Assembly (NCBI GenBank): GCA_002633005.1
Contig: NMRA01000034.1
Location: forward strand, 1,301,540-1,365,539
Origin: Phoronis australis
Taxonomy: Eukaryota; Animalia; Phoronida
Length of the DNA: 64,000 nucleotides
Direction of reading: 5' to 3'
The notes beneath the pieces were generated by a model, which saw only the letters and a program-made list of their open reading frames with translations, was not told the origin of the DNA and searched no databases. The translations under genes were made by a program, and so were the position numbers. Shown here piece by piece: positions 25,240 to 38,993 of the stretch. How positions within the stretch are numbered: position 1 is the stretch's first letter; every line of letters begins with the position of its first letter.

Positions 25240-25457
25240 GATCCCGTTTAACCGATGGCATTATTTAGATCCCGTTTAACCATGGCATTATTTAGATCCC
25301 GTTTAACCATGGCATTATTTAGATCCCGTTTAACCATGGCATTATTTAGATCCCGTTTAACCATGGCATTATTTAGATCCCGTTTAACCATGGCATTATT
25401 TAGATCCCGTTTAACCGATGGCATTATTTAGATCCCGTTTAACCATGGCATTATTTA
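25240..25457. repeat. 27-bp minisatellite (GATCCCGTTTAACCATGGCATTATTTA) x8
   Basis: Eight near-perfect copies; copies 1 and 7 carry an extra G. Confidence 0.95.
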
Positions 25458-25902
25458 GACGAGCTGTAAGAACTGTTGTGGGTAGTAACCTTTTAAAAGT
25501 ATTGATATTATTTATAGACTGTAGCTCAGCCTCATTAGAGTCTGGCTGAAGCGTTATGGCTCATTGTCTCTGTGTCGTAGATGATTCTCCTACAAAAAAT
25601 TATTTTCCAATGTTTCAAGTAAAGGCTGCTTGACTTCATTCCAGAAACATTTATAGAACTTATGAGTTAACCCGTCATTTCCCGGAGACTTATTGCTTTT
25701 ACAAATTTTAACAGGTTAAAGGGTCATGCAGTTACTCAAAACCTCTGGGGGATTCCTTTGTGATATTAAATAGACCTGTGTAGGAGCTAGAGTCTCCATT
25801 TGACAATTTGTGAAAACAGTAGAGTAATAACTAATTAATCCTCACCTAATTTGAGCTTGATCTTTTATCAACTGCGGATCATTATATCATTATTTTTAAG
25901 GA

Positions 25903-26084
25903 CAAGCGCGCACCCAGCCTTCAATATGGGGGGCGCACCACTGTGAATTGCGCGTTTTGCTCGTTTAGAGGACTTTTGTCTCATTTTCTCGGACTTTTGT
26001 TTCTCACAGGCGGACCTTATTGCCCACTTCGCCAAATGGGAGGGGCTCCTTCGAGCCCCCCGNCCCCCTCTGGGAGCGCGCATG
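25903..26084. mobile_element. MITE with 5-bp TSD (AAGGA)
   Basis: TIR CAAGCGCGCACCCAG / CTGGGAGCGCGCATG; AAGGA at 25898-25902 and 26085-26089; homologous to 32384-32648. Confidence 0.85.
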
Positions 26085-28819
26085 AAGGATATTTATACAT
26101 TTTAAATGTCACTTCTCTAATGAATTAAAACACTTTGAGCTACTTTCCCCGTCCTCATTCAGCTGGTCCTTACTTGTTATCCTTTGTCCCATGAACTTTC
26201 TGTTTTTTTAATAATTGCAGACAAGTTTTTGCTCTTACCAAATTATAAACAATTCCCTCATCAATTCTGCCTTGATTCGATTATCCTTTTAAGTGGTTAA
26301 TAATTTCAATCACTTTGTTTACCAGCATTTTCTAGTTTCTTTGTCATCTTTGAGTACCTTATGCTATATTGCCTTGTTTTCATTTTAGTATTTCTCATTT
26401 TGTATTTTTGTTACGTAAAAGGATACCAACCCCGTTTTGGCCTATTAACAGATACTAAAACGACTTTCCCATCTAGTTCTCCGAAACAAAATAATGCTCT
26501 GTAACCCTCAACAACCCTCAAAAGTTTGGAGGAAATTTTGAAAACTCTTTTCAAAGTCTGCTAAATGCACAAGCGTGACCTACGCTTTTAGCGAATTACA
26601 CGGCAACTGTGGGAAAACACCACCCACCAAGGACAATAATGTCCAATCTGCGACATAGGAAGTATGAGTTTTTAGTTGATTCCTGTCTTTAACTTGGAAG
26701 ATTCACGTCAATAACGTATTAGCAGATAACAGAACGAGGATTGGTGGAAATCATCAAAACAGGGCTTAGGGTCCTTTTAAATAATTACACTCTTCAACAC
26801 TGGCATTTAGAATTATTTTTAAGTTAGTTACATATTCATTGTCTTCAAAATATCGTCCACGGGCGCATTTTGTTCGATCTGACTACGCAAGTATTGGAAC
26901 AGATTAAGTACTAGCCAATGGAGATTGCCGTGAAGACCATGTTCATTTAAAGCGCTCATGTCCGCAGCTTTAGGCCTATCCGTGACTCGGGCGCTCACGT
27001 GCGCACTCTGAGTAATATTTGTTTGCTGCATTTAGGCCCGTATTTCATTTATTAGTTACAACACTGGTAGAGTTGTGGGATATGCTTTTGATTTTAGATA
27101 TAGTATATCTTTTTTGACCTTGTCTAATTTGTTTAATTAAATATTCATCTTTGAGTTACTGTTGGTATAAAACATCAGATGACCAAAACCGTTTCATGAA
27201 AATGAATGAAAAAAACAGGCCGAAATCGTCAAGTGGATGCAGTTCCTGGTAAAGACCAAAACTGCAACGCTTCTGAACAAATACAGCCATGGCCTTGTAT
27301 TAGAATATTAGGACGTACACCCGTGGACTTAAACACTTGTATTTACGGCACGTTACACCACCTTAATTCGTTTGAAAATATTTGTTTTTCAACCAATAGG
27401 TGTCGCTGTTAGAAAGCGGTCACTGATCTATCTATTAAATTTATACAACTTTAAAACATTCGACTTTTTGGTTTTTTTGCTATCACTAGCTTTTTGTACT
27501 GTTAAACTAAAAAATTAAATTAAAAAAATCAACTAATCTTTTGAGTTTTACACGGTGCTTGACTAAAGAGCCATTATTTCACGAGCAAATCAGTCATAAA
27601 ATCACTTTAGGGGTCATGTTTCTGATTCAGCTTAAACTTTTTGTATGTGATCATGATACAAAAATCATCAATTTTGCACTTTCTGAGCTCTCATGAGATC
27701 TCATTTTTTACCTACAGGTCTTCAAAGACTCACAAAGAAAATGACTCGTTTTGCTTTAGCAGCAATTTTCCAATATCAGAAACAGGTAGATCGCAAGCAT
27801 TGAGAGAAATCTATAATGGGATTAGGAAGTCATACATAATGATTCGCAAACGAAATTAACAAACAAAATTTCGCTGCACCCATCACGTAACAGGAGAGAT
27901 AAATCTACAGGCCCTTTTTTGTAGTGTTGAAAGTGGGCGTCACTCAAGTGCTTTTACAAACCAGTTTGTGGAACTGTGGACATCGAGAGAAATGTTTATG
28001 AATATATCTTGGTTGTATGAACAAATTGAAAAAATCTCTCGAATGTTGTGTTTCGTTTTTTGTTTAAAATGTCCCAATATCACGTGGTAACACTTTTTAA
28101 GCGAATGTTTTTTTGGGAATTAATTACGATTAAAATGGTTTCAGGAACAAAAATGATGATCAACATTTCAGAGACTGTAATGCTGTCTGACCTACATGTA
28201 TCCATACACCATTTCATTCATTGTGCGTTCACAACTGTCCGTGGGTCAAAGGTTACATCGCCTCAGGTGATGATACATTTGAGTGTTACCAGTACCCAAA
28301 ACGGTTGACGCCCATAGAGACACTTTTAAAGCTGATATGTATAATGTAGGTGATCTTTAATAAAAAACTGTTGATTTGTGCACCATTTGAAGGCGATTTG
28401 TCGATGATTGTCATTCTACGTGTGTGTAATTCATTCAATGTAATTGGGCAACCGGCCCCTTTTTACAGAAATAAACATACTATACAAACACACCAGACAC
28501 ACACGTGTCGATGTTAACAAAATGCGAACACGAGAGAAAAAACATAAACTACAATTCAACATCTAATACAGTTTCTCTGCATGGACTAGGAAATCGGCTA
28601 CATTGGTTAAGACATTAATGTTATGTACATTAAAATATTTTGTGAACACGTCAAGAGACCAAAAACAAGTGGTACATCTATAATAGGAATTGGAATGCTA
28701 AATTTTCCACATACAAAAGGCATACCAACCACAGATGGCATCAAGTTCACTCTCAATAGCTCTCACGTGACAACAAGGGCATAACCTCTCCTCGAGAGGT
28801 GACTTAAATAATATATGTA

Positions 28820-28834
28820 CATACACACACGCAC

Positions 28835-28902
<68 letters not shown>

Positions 28903-28907
28903 ACACA
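28820..28907. repeat. (CA)n microsatellite (second copy ~30360-30435)
   Basis: Directly visible. Confidence 0.95.
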
Positions 28908-29013
28908 TTTAACTTGCTATAATGATGATACACTTTCTTGATGATACATTTTTTGCCACACCATGTGTTCAATGTCATTGCAGCGCCGTTTAAAAACGTT
29001 TAAAAATACAGTC

Positions 29014-29330
29014 TCATCGCCAACTCCTTGGGAACACCAGACAAACCATACGAAAACAATATATATTTAACCTTAAATGCCCAACAGTCTTTATAGCCAT
29101 CTCGTATTGATAAGAATAGCAAAACTTAACATACCTATTTTCCGAACATTTCAAACGCTTAAACCAATATTTTATCATGTTTGATAATCTAACTGTCCTC
29201 ATAGTCTTCCTTCTAAATTCACCTTTGGTCGTAACGTTGGGTGCCGTTCTTCCTAAATGCAGCACAAGTATAAAAAAATTGTTATGCATAACTTCAATAT
29301 CGCTACCCACATGGTGACCCCATATTTCTG
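29014..29330 (-). mobile_element. L2/CR1-group LINE C-terminal fragment (duplicated at 30544-30860)
   Basis: VLHLGRTAPNVTTKGEF...IKYWFKRLKCSENRYVKFCY resembles the post-RT 'L......N....GE.GR...IKYW' region. Confidence 0.6.
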
Positions 29331-30399
29331 TGCTGAGGTTTCGAGATTACATGAAGGGTGCGAATCGAAGNGATTAGGAAGTCATACACAATGATTCGCA
29401 AACGAAATTAACAAACAAAATTTCGCTGCACCCATCACGTAACAGGAGAGATAAATCTACAGGCCCTTTTTGTAGTGTTGAAAGTGGGCGTCACTCAAGT
29501 GCTTTTACAAACCAGTTTCTGGAACTGTGGACATTGAGAGAAATGTTTATGAATATATCTTGGTTGTATGAACAAATTGAAAAAATCTCTCGAATGTTGT
29601 GTTTCGTTTTTTGTTTAAAATGTCCCAATATCACGTGTTAACACTTTTTAAGCGAATGTTTTTTTGGAAATTAATTACAATTAAAATGGTTTCAGGAACA
29701 AAAATGATGATCAACATTTCAGAGACTGTAATGCTGTCTGACCTACATGTATCCATACACCATTTCATTCATTGGGCGTTCACAACTGTCCGTGGGTCAG
29801 AGGTTACACCGCCTCAGGTGATGATACATTTGAGTGTTGCCAGTACCCAAAACGGTTGACGCCCATAGAGACACTTTTAAAGCTGATATGTATAATGTAG
29901 GTGATCTTTAATAAAAACTGTTGATTTGTGCACCATTTGAAGGCGATTTATCGATGATTGTCATTCTACGTGTATGTAATTCATTCAATGTAATTGGGCC
30001 ACCGGTCCCTTTTACAGAAATAAACATACTATACAAACACACCAGACACGCACGTGTCGATGTTAACAAAATGCGAACACGAGACAAAAAACATAAACTA
30101 CAATTCAATATCTAATACAGTTTCTCTGCATGGACTAGGAAATCGGCAACATTGGTTAAGACATTAATGTTATGTACATTAAAATATTTTGTGAACACAT
30201 CAAGAGACCAAAAACAAGTGGTACATCCATAATAGGAATTGGAATGCTAAATTTTCCACATACAAAAGGCATACCAACCACAGATGGCATTCACTCTCAA
30301 TAGCAACAATGACAACAAGGGCATAACCTCTCCTCGAGAGTTGACTTAAATAATATATATACACACACGCACACGCACACGCACACGCACACGCACACG

Positions 30400-30431
<32 letters not shown>

Positions 30432-31239
30432 CATACATCTAACTTGCTATAATGATGATACACTTTCTTGATGATACATTTTTTGCCACACCATGTGTTC
30501 AATGTCATTGCAGCGCCGTTTAAAAACTTTTAAAAATACAGTCTCATCGCCAACTCCTTGGGAACACCAGACAAACCATACGAAAACAATATATATTTAA
30601 CCTTTGAAAATGCCCAACAGTCTTTATAGCCATCTCGTATTGATAAGAATAGCAAAACTTAACATACCTATTTTCCGAACATTTCAAACGCTTAAACCAA
30701 TATTTTATCATGTTTGATAATCTAACTGTCCTCATAGTCTTCCTTCTAAATTCACCTTTGGTCGTAACGTTGGGTGCCGTTCTTCCTAAATGCAGCACAA
30801 GTATAAAAAAATTGTTATGCATAACTTCAATATCGCTACCCACATGGTGACCCCATATTTCTGTGCTGAGGTTTCGAGATTACATGAAGGGTGCGAATCG
30901 AAGACCATTTTTTTGCTTTGAAGATAAGAAACATGTATCACAGTAAGGATATCAATTTCTGCAACACAGAAATGAAAAATACTACCATCAGTAGTATTAA
31001 GATATGAATACTCGAAACATTGGTCTTCTAGTCTTTGATACGAAGCTCACCGACTCGTTGTCAAAGCTCTGAGCCGGGTTTCGGAACCGACTACGGAAGA
31101 ATGTCTGAGAAAGTGTAAGGACTATCTCTTTCATGATTGTGATATTCAACAGTATATATGTGAAACATATGGTAACACTGTAATGTTTGATTGTATGTTT
31201 GTGATATTCATGGTGATAATGTAATGTTTAACGGTATTT

Positions 31240-32200
31240 TTCTGAAGACAAAGTCTTGGATTGGCGATCGAGTCAAGACCATCGGACAATTCCTCACAGC
31301 ATAATCTTGCTGTTCAAGAAGTCAGGGCGGCGGAAGATGAGAACCGAGTAGCTACTGCGAGGCTTCACAGATGAGACAACAAGTAGCTGGACAAGATGGG
31401 GCAATGTGATGAGAAGGTCTATCTCTAGCAAGAGCTAAAGAGAATGCCACCTTTGCAGGCTAAGTTTTTGATCAACGCAGTTTACGATATGATACTAACG
31501 CCAATCAACCTAGTGGTTTGAAGAAGGGACGTCCTCACAATTAAAAATGTAATCTGTGTGGAAGATGATGCAACTTTAGAACTTTAAACACGTCTTGTCT
31601 TCGTTTAGAGTAACTCTAGCTGCAGGGCGTTATACTTCACAACCAGGCTTTGAAGGTGATTTCTAAAATGGTCCATGAAGAATCGAGAGTTAAGACAAAG
31701 GCCATGCAGTAAATTACAATTTTGCAGATTTCAGGAGATGCGGCGACCCAGTGAGAAGAGGCGGTAAGCATAAGGCCACTGGTATTCTGCAGACAGCAAA
31801 GTCAGGGCATCAATCATTTCCAGTCCACGTTGCGCAGATATAATGTCATCTTTTACTCAGATAAGTCACGACAGGTAGTCACCATTGAGTTGAATATTCC
31901 ATGGGAGAATAGAGTTGATGATACTCATGAGAGAAAACACCTGAAGTGTAAAGAGCTCCTCGGAGATTGCGATGACAATGACTGGAGTACCTGGTTTTTT
32001 CTCAATCGAAGTGGCGTCCCTGTAAACTCCCTTATTTAAATCTCGAGTTGTCTCGGTATCTCGACTTCAGCAAAAAAGACTCCGCTAAGAAAAGTAACTG
32101 CCGCGACAGTACAAGCTTCCTGTTGGATTTCGTGGAAACATCGCACTGCGCAACAACAACCGTCGTCTGACTCATGGGTCTAGCATCGTGCCCCACTGGC
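31240..32200 (+). mobile_element. Decayed RLE-type (HERO/NeSL-like) non-LTR retrotransposon 3' part
   Basis: Zinc-knuckle remnant near 31545-31635 (C.LC...L.HVLSS...L..GRY), then VIFYSDKSRQVVTIELNIPWENRVDDTHERKHLK, matching the IEL.VPWE.....AHERK..KY endonuclease pattern. Confidence 0.75.
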
Positions 32201-32383
32201 TCGAGCCTCGTATACGCGTACCGGTAAGCCTATCGCAACCTGACGCATCCTGACCCTCAATTCCTGCAGTCCAGACGTTGAAACATTCGATATTTTGTTC
32301 AACTGTTTTAACCATCTGAGCAGTGTACTTGCTGTATCCAAAATGCTTTGAGAAATACCTGGGCTCTTTTGGAGAGTGCATGT

Positions 32384-32648
32384 CATGCGCGCACCCAGCC
32401 TTTAATATGGGGGCTCGAATCTGACGATGTGGACCTTTTGCTGACAAAATGGTGGCTGGCGGACTGAAACAAAAAACGGGTTACCACCTTCAGAATTGTG
32501 AACTGCGCGTGTGCGGCTTTTTAGTGGACTTTTGTCTCGTTTTCTCAGTCGTTTTGTTTCTCTAAGGCGAACCGTTTTGCCCACTTCGCTAAATGGGGGG
32601 ACTCCTTCGAGCNNNNNNNNNNNNNNNNNNNNNNNNNNNGCGCGCATG
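32384..32648. mobile_element. MITE with 5-bp TSD (CATGT), same family as 25903-26084
   Basis: CATGCGCGCACCCAGCC...GCGCGCATG; CATGT at 32379-32383 and 32649-32653; internal N run 32613-32639. Confidence 0.85.
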
Positions 32649-34089
32649 CATGTTAGTGAAATTCAGAAAACACGCCTCTAGCTGTAGTTCATATTGTGTT
32701 GATAAATCGTGTTTTGTTACGAAAATGACTAACAACATCTCCGGCGATGTAAAATGGAGTGCGAAATTTGCAACCCGCTGGAAATATAGCAAACCCCGTT
32801 CTATTTTACAAATACATGCACAAATGTGTTTGCTGATAATTTCTGTACTTATATTACGAGCAGTTTTCATTTTGAAGTAAAATCAATGTCGATGATAACT
32901 AGCATGTTTGTAATCCTAATGCGTTAGCAGCGCGAAAGTAACTACGTGAGCGATGAAAATCGAAACATGGATACGATATATACTAACATGTATCAAATTG
33001 AATTGAAAAAATCGTCTTTGAAATGTTGACCATTATCTCAATTTCGTAATTCAATTTGACTCGAATTTTGTAACTGGAAATTGGCACACTTAATAGCATG
33101 CTGAGTATTTTTATACGGTAAAAGCGAGAATTGAGTTATCAAAAGTTGATTGACGTCATTCACAATGAAAAGAGGCTCTCCTGTCTATACGAAGATGAAC
33201 AATGCACAAATCTCTCGTCATCTCACTAAGACTAATGCGCTGATTTCAGATTTAAAATGTCTACTTGCTTTTCGATTTGTCATAATCTTCAACATTTCAT
33301 TTTCTTAATTGGGCTAACGCCAGTCATCGACACTCAGCATATTAGTATAAACCTCGAGAAAAGTCTTTTTTGATAAAAATAACAATTTTCTTAATTGGCA
33401 AATACTTCATTGAACAAGAAGGAAATCTTGCCCGGATTTGCGGTTATTATGTAATTACCTCAGGGCGTAATTAATTACTTTTAATGCGCGGAATTACAGA
33501 GCGATCACTTCGCCTATCGGATTATAGAACATTATTAGTGATAGAAGGAGCGTAATAGCGCCATGTGTACGTGTAGACCACCGGGCTTGGAACATAAGCA
33601 GTGGCATTAACAGCTACTGTAACACGTACGGAGGGGAAAGATGGTCAATTATCTGAAACTAAAGTTCCTTCGATTAAAAAACTGTATACAGCTAACCGCT
33701 ACAAAATCGGCATCACAGTTCTCTCTATTATTTTTAGACTCAGAGCATCTAGAGGTCAAAACACATTCTAATTACATTAAAGACCCTGTGCTACACCTGA
33801 AAAAATCTGAAATCAAAAATTTCTTCTTGAATTAAATCAAAATTGCCGTTTGATTTAAGTCATACCTAATGCCTACACCTGAGTTTGCCTGTAGTTTAGT
33901 ATGATGCCATGTCGCGCGCTATTATCAAACGCCAAAATAACAAAATCTTAACGTAAAATCAACATTTTAAACAAAATAATCTTTTATTTGAAAACGAACA
34001 CTTATCCATTAAGTAACTAGTATTTTAAAAGTTTTCAACTAGCAATAACCACGCCTCGGATAAATCTCATTAGCTATGGTACCCCACTG

Positions 34090-36600
34090 CGCAAAACGAC
34101 GCATGGCAAATGAGCTAAAAATTATAAATGATCGAGTGTCAAACGACTTCCAGGAGAATATCATGTGTTCTGCAAAACAAGGGGCCAACAAAACTTAATA
34201 TGTTTTGACGACCACTAAACAACAATATGTTACTCATTTTGAAGTTGTAGTACGGAACACAGTCTGATCATTTCCCGCGAAAATAGAAATGTGCTTGAAC
34301 ATTGAAGAATATAGATTACATGAAAATTATTTAAACTTAGATGGAATGATAATTATAGATACAATTTTCAAGAAAGGTTACAGAAAAAAAACACAATCTG
34401 CCATACATGTACATGTAGGTGTATGCCAGTCATTAGGGAGAATGTCGATGAATCAATTTTTCAATTAGTAAACATTCTTATAGGCTATGTGGAAAAGAAA
34501 TGAAACGAGACAGGTTTCCTAGACATATTTCTTCGATTGGTGCAAAATGGTTCGACGATGAAGGCAAGGTTGCTAGGGACAGTGTCTTCAAGAGCATTAG
34601 ACACTTTAGACATTCAAATGATAAATGTTTCCCCGACAAAAGACCAAACGCGAATATTGTAGCGTCAAAACTCGCACAAATCAAACATTCTGTGAAAACC
34701 AATGTGACAAATTGAAAAATTCTGTATCAGATTCTAAAAATTTTTGGAGTATGATTAGATTTCGTACCAATAGTGTATTATCTATCGATTTGGAAGTGTT
34801 ACGTGACATTTCTCCAAAGTGCATGGGGGTGCGGGGGTGTTGTCCACCAGTAACTAAGATGACGTGGTTCAATACATTATCTGTAACAACGATACACTTT
34901 ATTCACCAATGATGAAGAGAAAAGTGGAAATTATCATTGACAAGCTCAAAACAGGCAAATCTCCGGGTTCAGATGGAATTTGTAATGAAATATTGAAAGA
35001 GAGTAACTCTGTTGTTAGTCTGTTATGGAACTCTTTGATATGGGCCATTTCCCCAAGCNGGCAAGGTTGCTAGGGATAGTGTCTTCAAGAGCATTAGACA
35101 CTTTAGACATTCAAATGATAAATGTTTCCCCGACAAAAGACCAAACGCGAATATTGTAGCGTCAAAACTCGCACAAATCAAACATTCTATGAAAACCAAT
35201 GTGACAAATTGAAAAATTCTGTATCAGATTCTAAAAATTTTTCGAGTATGATTAGATTTCGTACCAGTAGTGTATTATCTGTCGATTTGGAAGTGTTACG
35301 TGACATTTCTCCAAAGTGCATGGGGGTGCGGGGGTGTTGTCCACCAGTAACTAAGATGACGTGGTTCAATACATTATCTGTAACAACGATACACTTTATT
35401 CACCAATAATGAAGAGAAAAGTGGAAATTATCATTGACAATCTCAAAACAGGCAAATCTCCGGGTTCAGATGGAATTTGTAATGAAATATTGAAAGAGAG
35501 TAACTCTGTTGTTAGTCTGTTATGGAACTCTTTGATATGGGCCATTTCCCCCAAGCTATGACTGGAGGACGCGATCATTCCACTGTTTCAAGGAGTAAAA
35601 GCAGACTATCCAAGCGAGTGCAGAGGAATGGTCACTTTGCTGTCAAATTTGTCAAAAATATGCTAGAATAAATAATAGACTAGTAAAATGGTCAAATGAG
35701 ATTAACAATGAATTATAAGCGCAAAGTGGTTTCAAAAAGACTATTACCATGCTCATTCTGTACAAAGTTCGTCCATCTCCGTGTCGACGTTATGTACGTT
35801 ACTAATTATATATGCATTATGACGTCGTACGGAAAATGACGAACATTGTATTGAATGCGCATGTATAGTACAGTCGAAAACACTTTTGTTCTCAATACAC
35901 TTGTGGAGGAAACTCTCTCGAAAAAGAAAGGAAAACTTTATTGTTTATTTGTTGATTTTAGCAAAGAATTTGATTGTATAAACAGAAATCTTCTTTGGAC
36001 AAAATTGATTGCAGGAAAAGTGAGCTATAAAATGTTAAACAAGCTGTACAGTTTGTACAAAGACGTGAGTTCAAAAATCATCCATCAAAAAGGATATATT
36101 CCGATGTATTGTTACTTGAAAAAGTTGTGTTCCTATGTATGTTCACGTGAAAAGGGTAATACACGAGGTTGTGCATTGTTACCCTTCTTGTTTAACTTTT
36201 CCATAATTGGTTTAGAAGAATGCTTGAAATGCGAATCAGTGGTTAGTGTACATGTGGAAACAGAAAGAATTTTTCACCTAGTATTAGATAATGACTTATT
36301 ACTGTTCGCAGATACTCCGACGAGTCTCCAACGACAAATTAACAAACTTGAGATTTACTGTGAGGAAAACCACTTGAAAGTCAATTTCGACAAAACCAAA
36401 GTGACTGCTTTTAGTAAAGGAACGATGGTTCTATAAGCAGGAGCAGCTCGAAGTCTCAGCAGATTATAAAATTGATACCTCGGAGTTAAATTTTCAACTG
36501 GTGGCTCTTTGTTTAAGACGCAGGAGCCTTTAGAAATCCAATCTTCAAAGGCAGTAATTATGTTAAGAAAGTCAGAATCAGAAATGTTTAATGTGTGTAG
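34090..36600 (+). mobile_element. Decayed L2/CR1-group LINE (APE end, linker, RT)
   Basis: SDH motif near 34263; KLKTGKSPGSDGICNEILK; STVENTFVL...KLYCLFVDFSKEFDCINR...RGCALLPFLF...LLLFADT. Multiple frameshifts. Confidence 0.85.
34563..35556. other. ~496-bp direct duplication joined by a single N (35059); probable uncollapsed haplotypes
   Basis: 34563-35058 vs 35060-35556 differ by a few SNPs. Confidence 0.85.
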
Positions 36601-36639
36601 GCCTTGGCCTCATAATACATTTTACAATACAATTTTACA

Positions 36640-37760
36640 ATGATAATATTTCAGCTCGTAGCACTGTTGCTCTTGAAACATATAACGCCAGGCTATTTAG
36701 TTCACAAAGACAATGAGTTTGAAACAATTTAACTACTCTGGCATCATCTGTCGTATTTATCAGCTGATTTCTACACACACCATCAAGGACAGAGCTGTGA
36801 CACATGAAATAAATCTCGTTTTCATTTGACCAGTATTGCATATTCCATATTCAATGTAAAGCTTGTGCATTGAGCATCTAAAACGAGCATGTATTTTACG
36901 TAAGTAGGGATCTAGTAAGTACAGTGAGGTATTTTTCACACAATAGTTCCATTTTGATAGTGCAATAAAATTGATATTTAATCGAATTATTAATTACGGA
37001 GTGCTGATAAAATTCTGAAAGGAATAAATCTGCGTCAACCGGTCCCTGTAACCATACCCGTAGGGATACAGTATCATTTTTAAAGAATATGCCCAGTTGT
37101 GCCAGCTGCCGTCCTCAGATTCTTGAGGTCACCTACTGTAACACTGAATACGGATATCTACTTAAGGTTTCATCTGAAGCAGCCTTGTCCAGTAAACAAC
37201 AGGTGTAGGAAGTGTACAACGTATATCTACCTCACTCGCCCCTAGTCATGACATTTAGCGTCTTTGTTTAGTCGCAAGGGATACTTGCAGAAATCTTTAC
37301 GAACATTTTCTATAAAATTGACAATTGAGACATCCCAAATCTTTGCACAATAGCTTAAAATTGCTAGAATCATACTATCAAACAGCTTAAAAGGGACTGA
37401 CGGTGAAGAGCAATGTAATTCAGACAAACAGGCCTTTATCAAATTTAAACCATGCACTCTAAGAGCTTTGCAGGCTTGACTCTAATTGAGACGACAGGAA
37501 AATGTAACACCTAGGTATTTATAATACGGTTTGGTTTCATCTAATTTATAACAAAGTACCGTTTTTCGTGTGAACTGACAGCATAAACAATGACATTAAC
37601 TTTTCCTAGATTCACTGTGAGATTCCAGTTTTTACAAATATTCACAAGCACGTTAAGATTTCGTTGCAGCTCAATTCCAGTGTCTCCAATCAACACGAGA
37701 TCATCCGCAAAAAATACAGTTAATCTCACAATCAACATTAACAAACATTCCTTTGCCATC
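36640..37760 (-). mobile_element. Decayed L2/CR1-group LINE, RT 3' half
   Basis: VFFADDLVLIGDTGIELQRNLNVL...WNLTVNLGK; KLFDSMILAILSYCAKIW...FCKY. A short + strand fragment (FDTQISLILNYGSEVW) follows at ~37790-37935. Confidence 0.8.
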
Positions 37761-38993
37761 ACACTCTATTAAATCAGAAACTAGACCACTCACAAACATG
37801 TTAAGAAAGTCGTTTAAAAAGATAAAACCAAAAATCTTTAAACAAACTTTTGATACCCAGATATCCCTCATATTAAATTACGGAAGCGAAGTTTGGGAAT
37901 TCCATGAAGACAAAGACATTGAAACGGTGCAATAAATTGTTCAGATACGCTCTGTGAATAAAACAGTGGCCTATGAAATAAATAAATATGATATATTTAT
38001 TTTTTATAATACGTTAAAACTACGAATGCTTTACGAGTTTTTGGAAAACTTTGTCGAACCCGCTTAACTTGAATTTTATGATGTTCACTCTGTCGTTTGT
38101 CTATATATCGCTTTGCATCGATTAGAATAGAAATTTGTTTTGCATTTCTATTTTCTTTTGTGACGTACAAATCTAGAGCTTTGGATGGCTCTATTTAATG
38201 TCGGTAGATTGAGCACAAAATACCCACTACGAATATAACTTTTGTTATGCCGCTATATCATAAAAAACAATAGGCGTCACTACTCGAGGTAATACGCGGT
38301 TTATGCTTCAAGCTCAACGAAATACGCGGTTACTACTCGAGTTAGTATGCGGTTTATGCTTCAAGCTCAGTGTTATACCAGAAGCCGAAGCAAGTGCTTG
38401 AAACATGTATTGAAGTCCCATTTTGTGGCATTTGACAAAAAGTGCTAAAACACGATCGTTCAATGACGCCAGTGCTCAATACGAAATCAAACTTGACTGC
38501 CATGAGACATCACGGTAACACAAACGTGCGTCACAAAAAACATTCACAGCCTTATATCTTACCATTGTCACATTTCACTATTGTACGTGTAAGTACCGCA
38601 GAATTGATTTGATGTCACTGTCATCGCGTTTATTTGCACTGGAAGTCATTCTGTAAGGCCTAGGCTATAATTGCATGTATTTGGACTTACGTAAAAGTTG
38701 TATCAAAGGTTAAGACCCATCAACATATTGCCTTCAATCACCCGATACTCGATATCATATTGTTAATGCCCGACAGACAAATCCTACGTGAATAGTCACT
38801 AACAAAGCTATTAGAAATCAATCTAGTTTCTATTGCGGCCTCACTGAAAAAATCCCCTTTTCCGCTGATTGCGTTAATTGCTTGCATGTAAGATAACACT
38901 AGAATGCTGCTATTTAGACAAATGTACTTCGCACCTGAGACAAAATTCATCTGCGTGCTCGTGCACAACTTTTTAATTGCTGGTCTCACTTAA

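Larger units (their letters stand above)
24450..26420 (-). mobile_element. Decayed L1/Tx1-like LINE remnant
   Basis: GRYIGLIIQGIISY...ILFLDFCKAYDTIKLNFIFQTLNGFNFG (25061-25230) matches RT subdomains of L1/Tx1. Boundaries approximate. Confidence 0.7.
27820..30903. other. ~1.55-kb direct duplication joined by a single N (29371); probable uncollapsed haplotypes
   Basis: 27820-29370 vs 29372-30903 differ by scattered SNPs, small indels and (CA)n length. Confidence 0.85.

Noticed and set aside
35855-36436. 193-aa RT ORF as an active retroelement
   Set aside because: Catalytic motifs are degenerate (no intact YADD in register) and the flanks are frameshifted.
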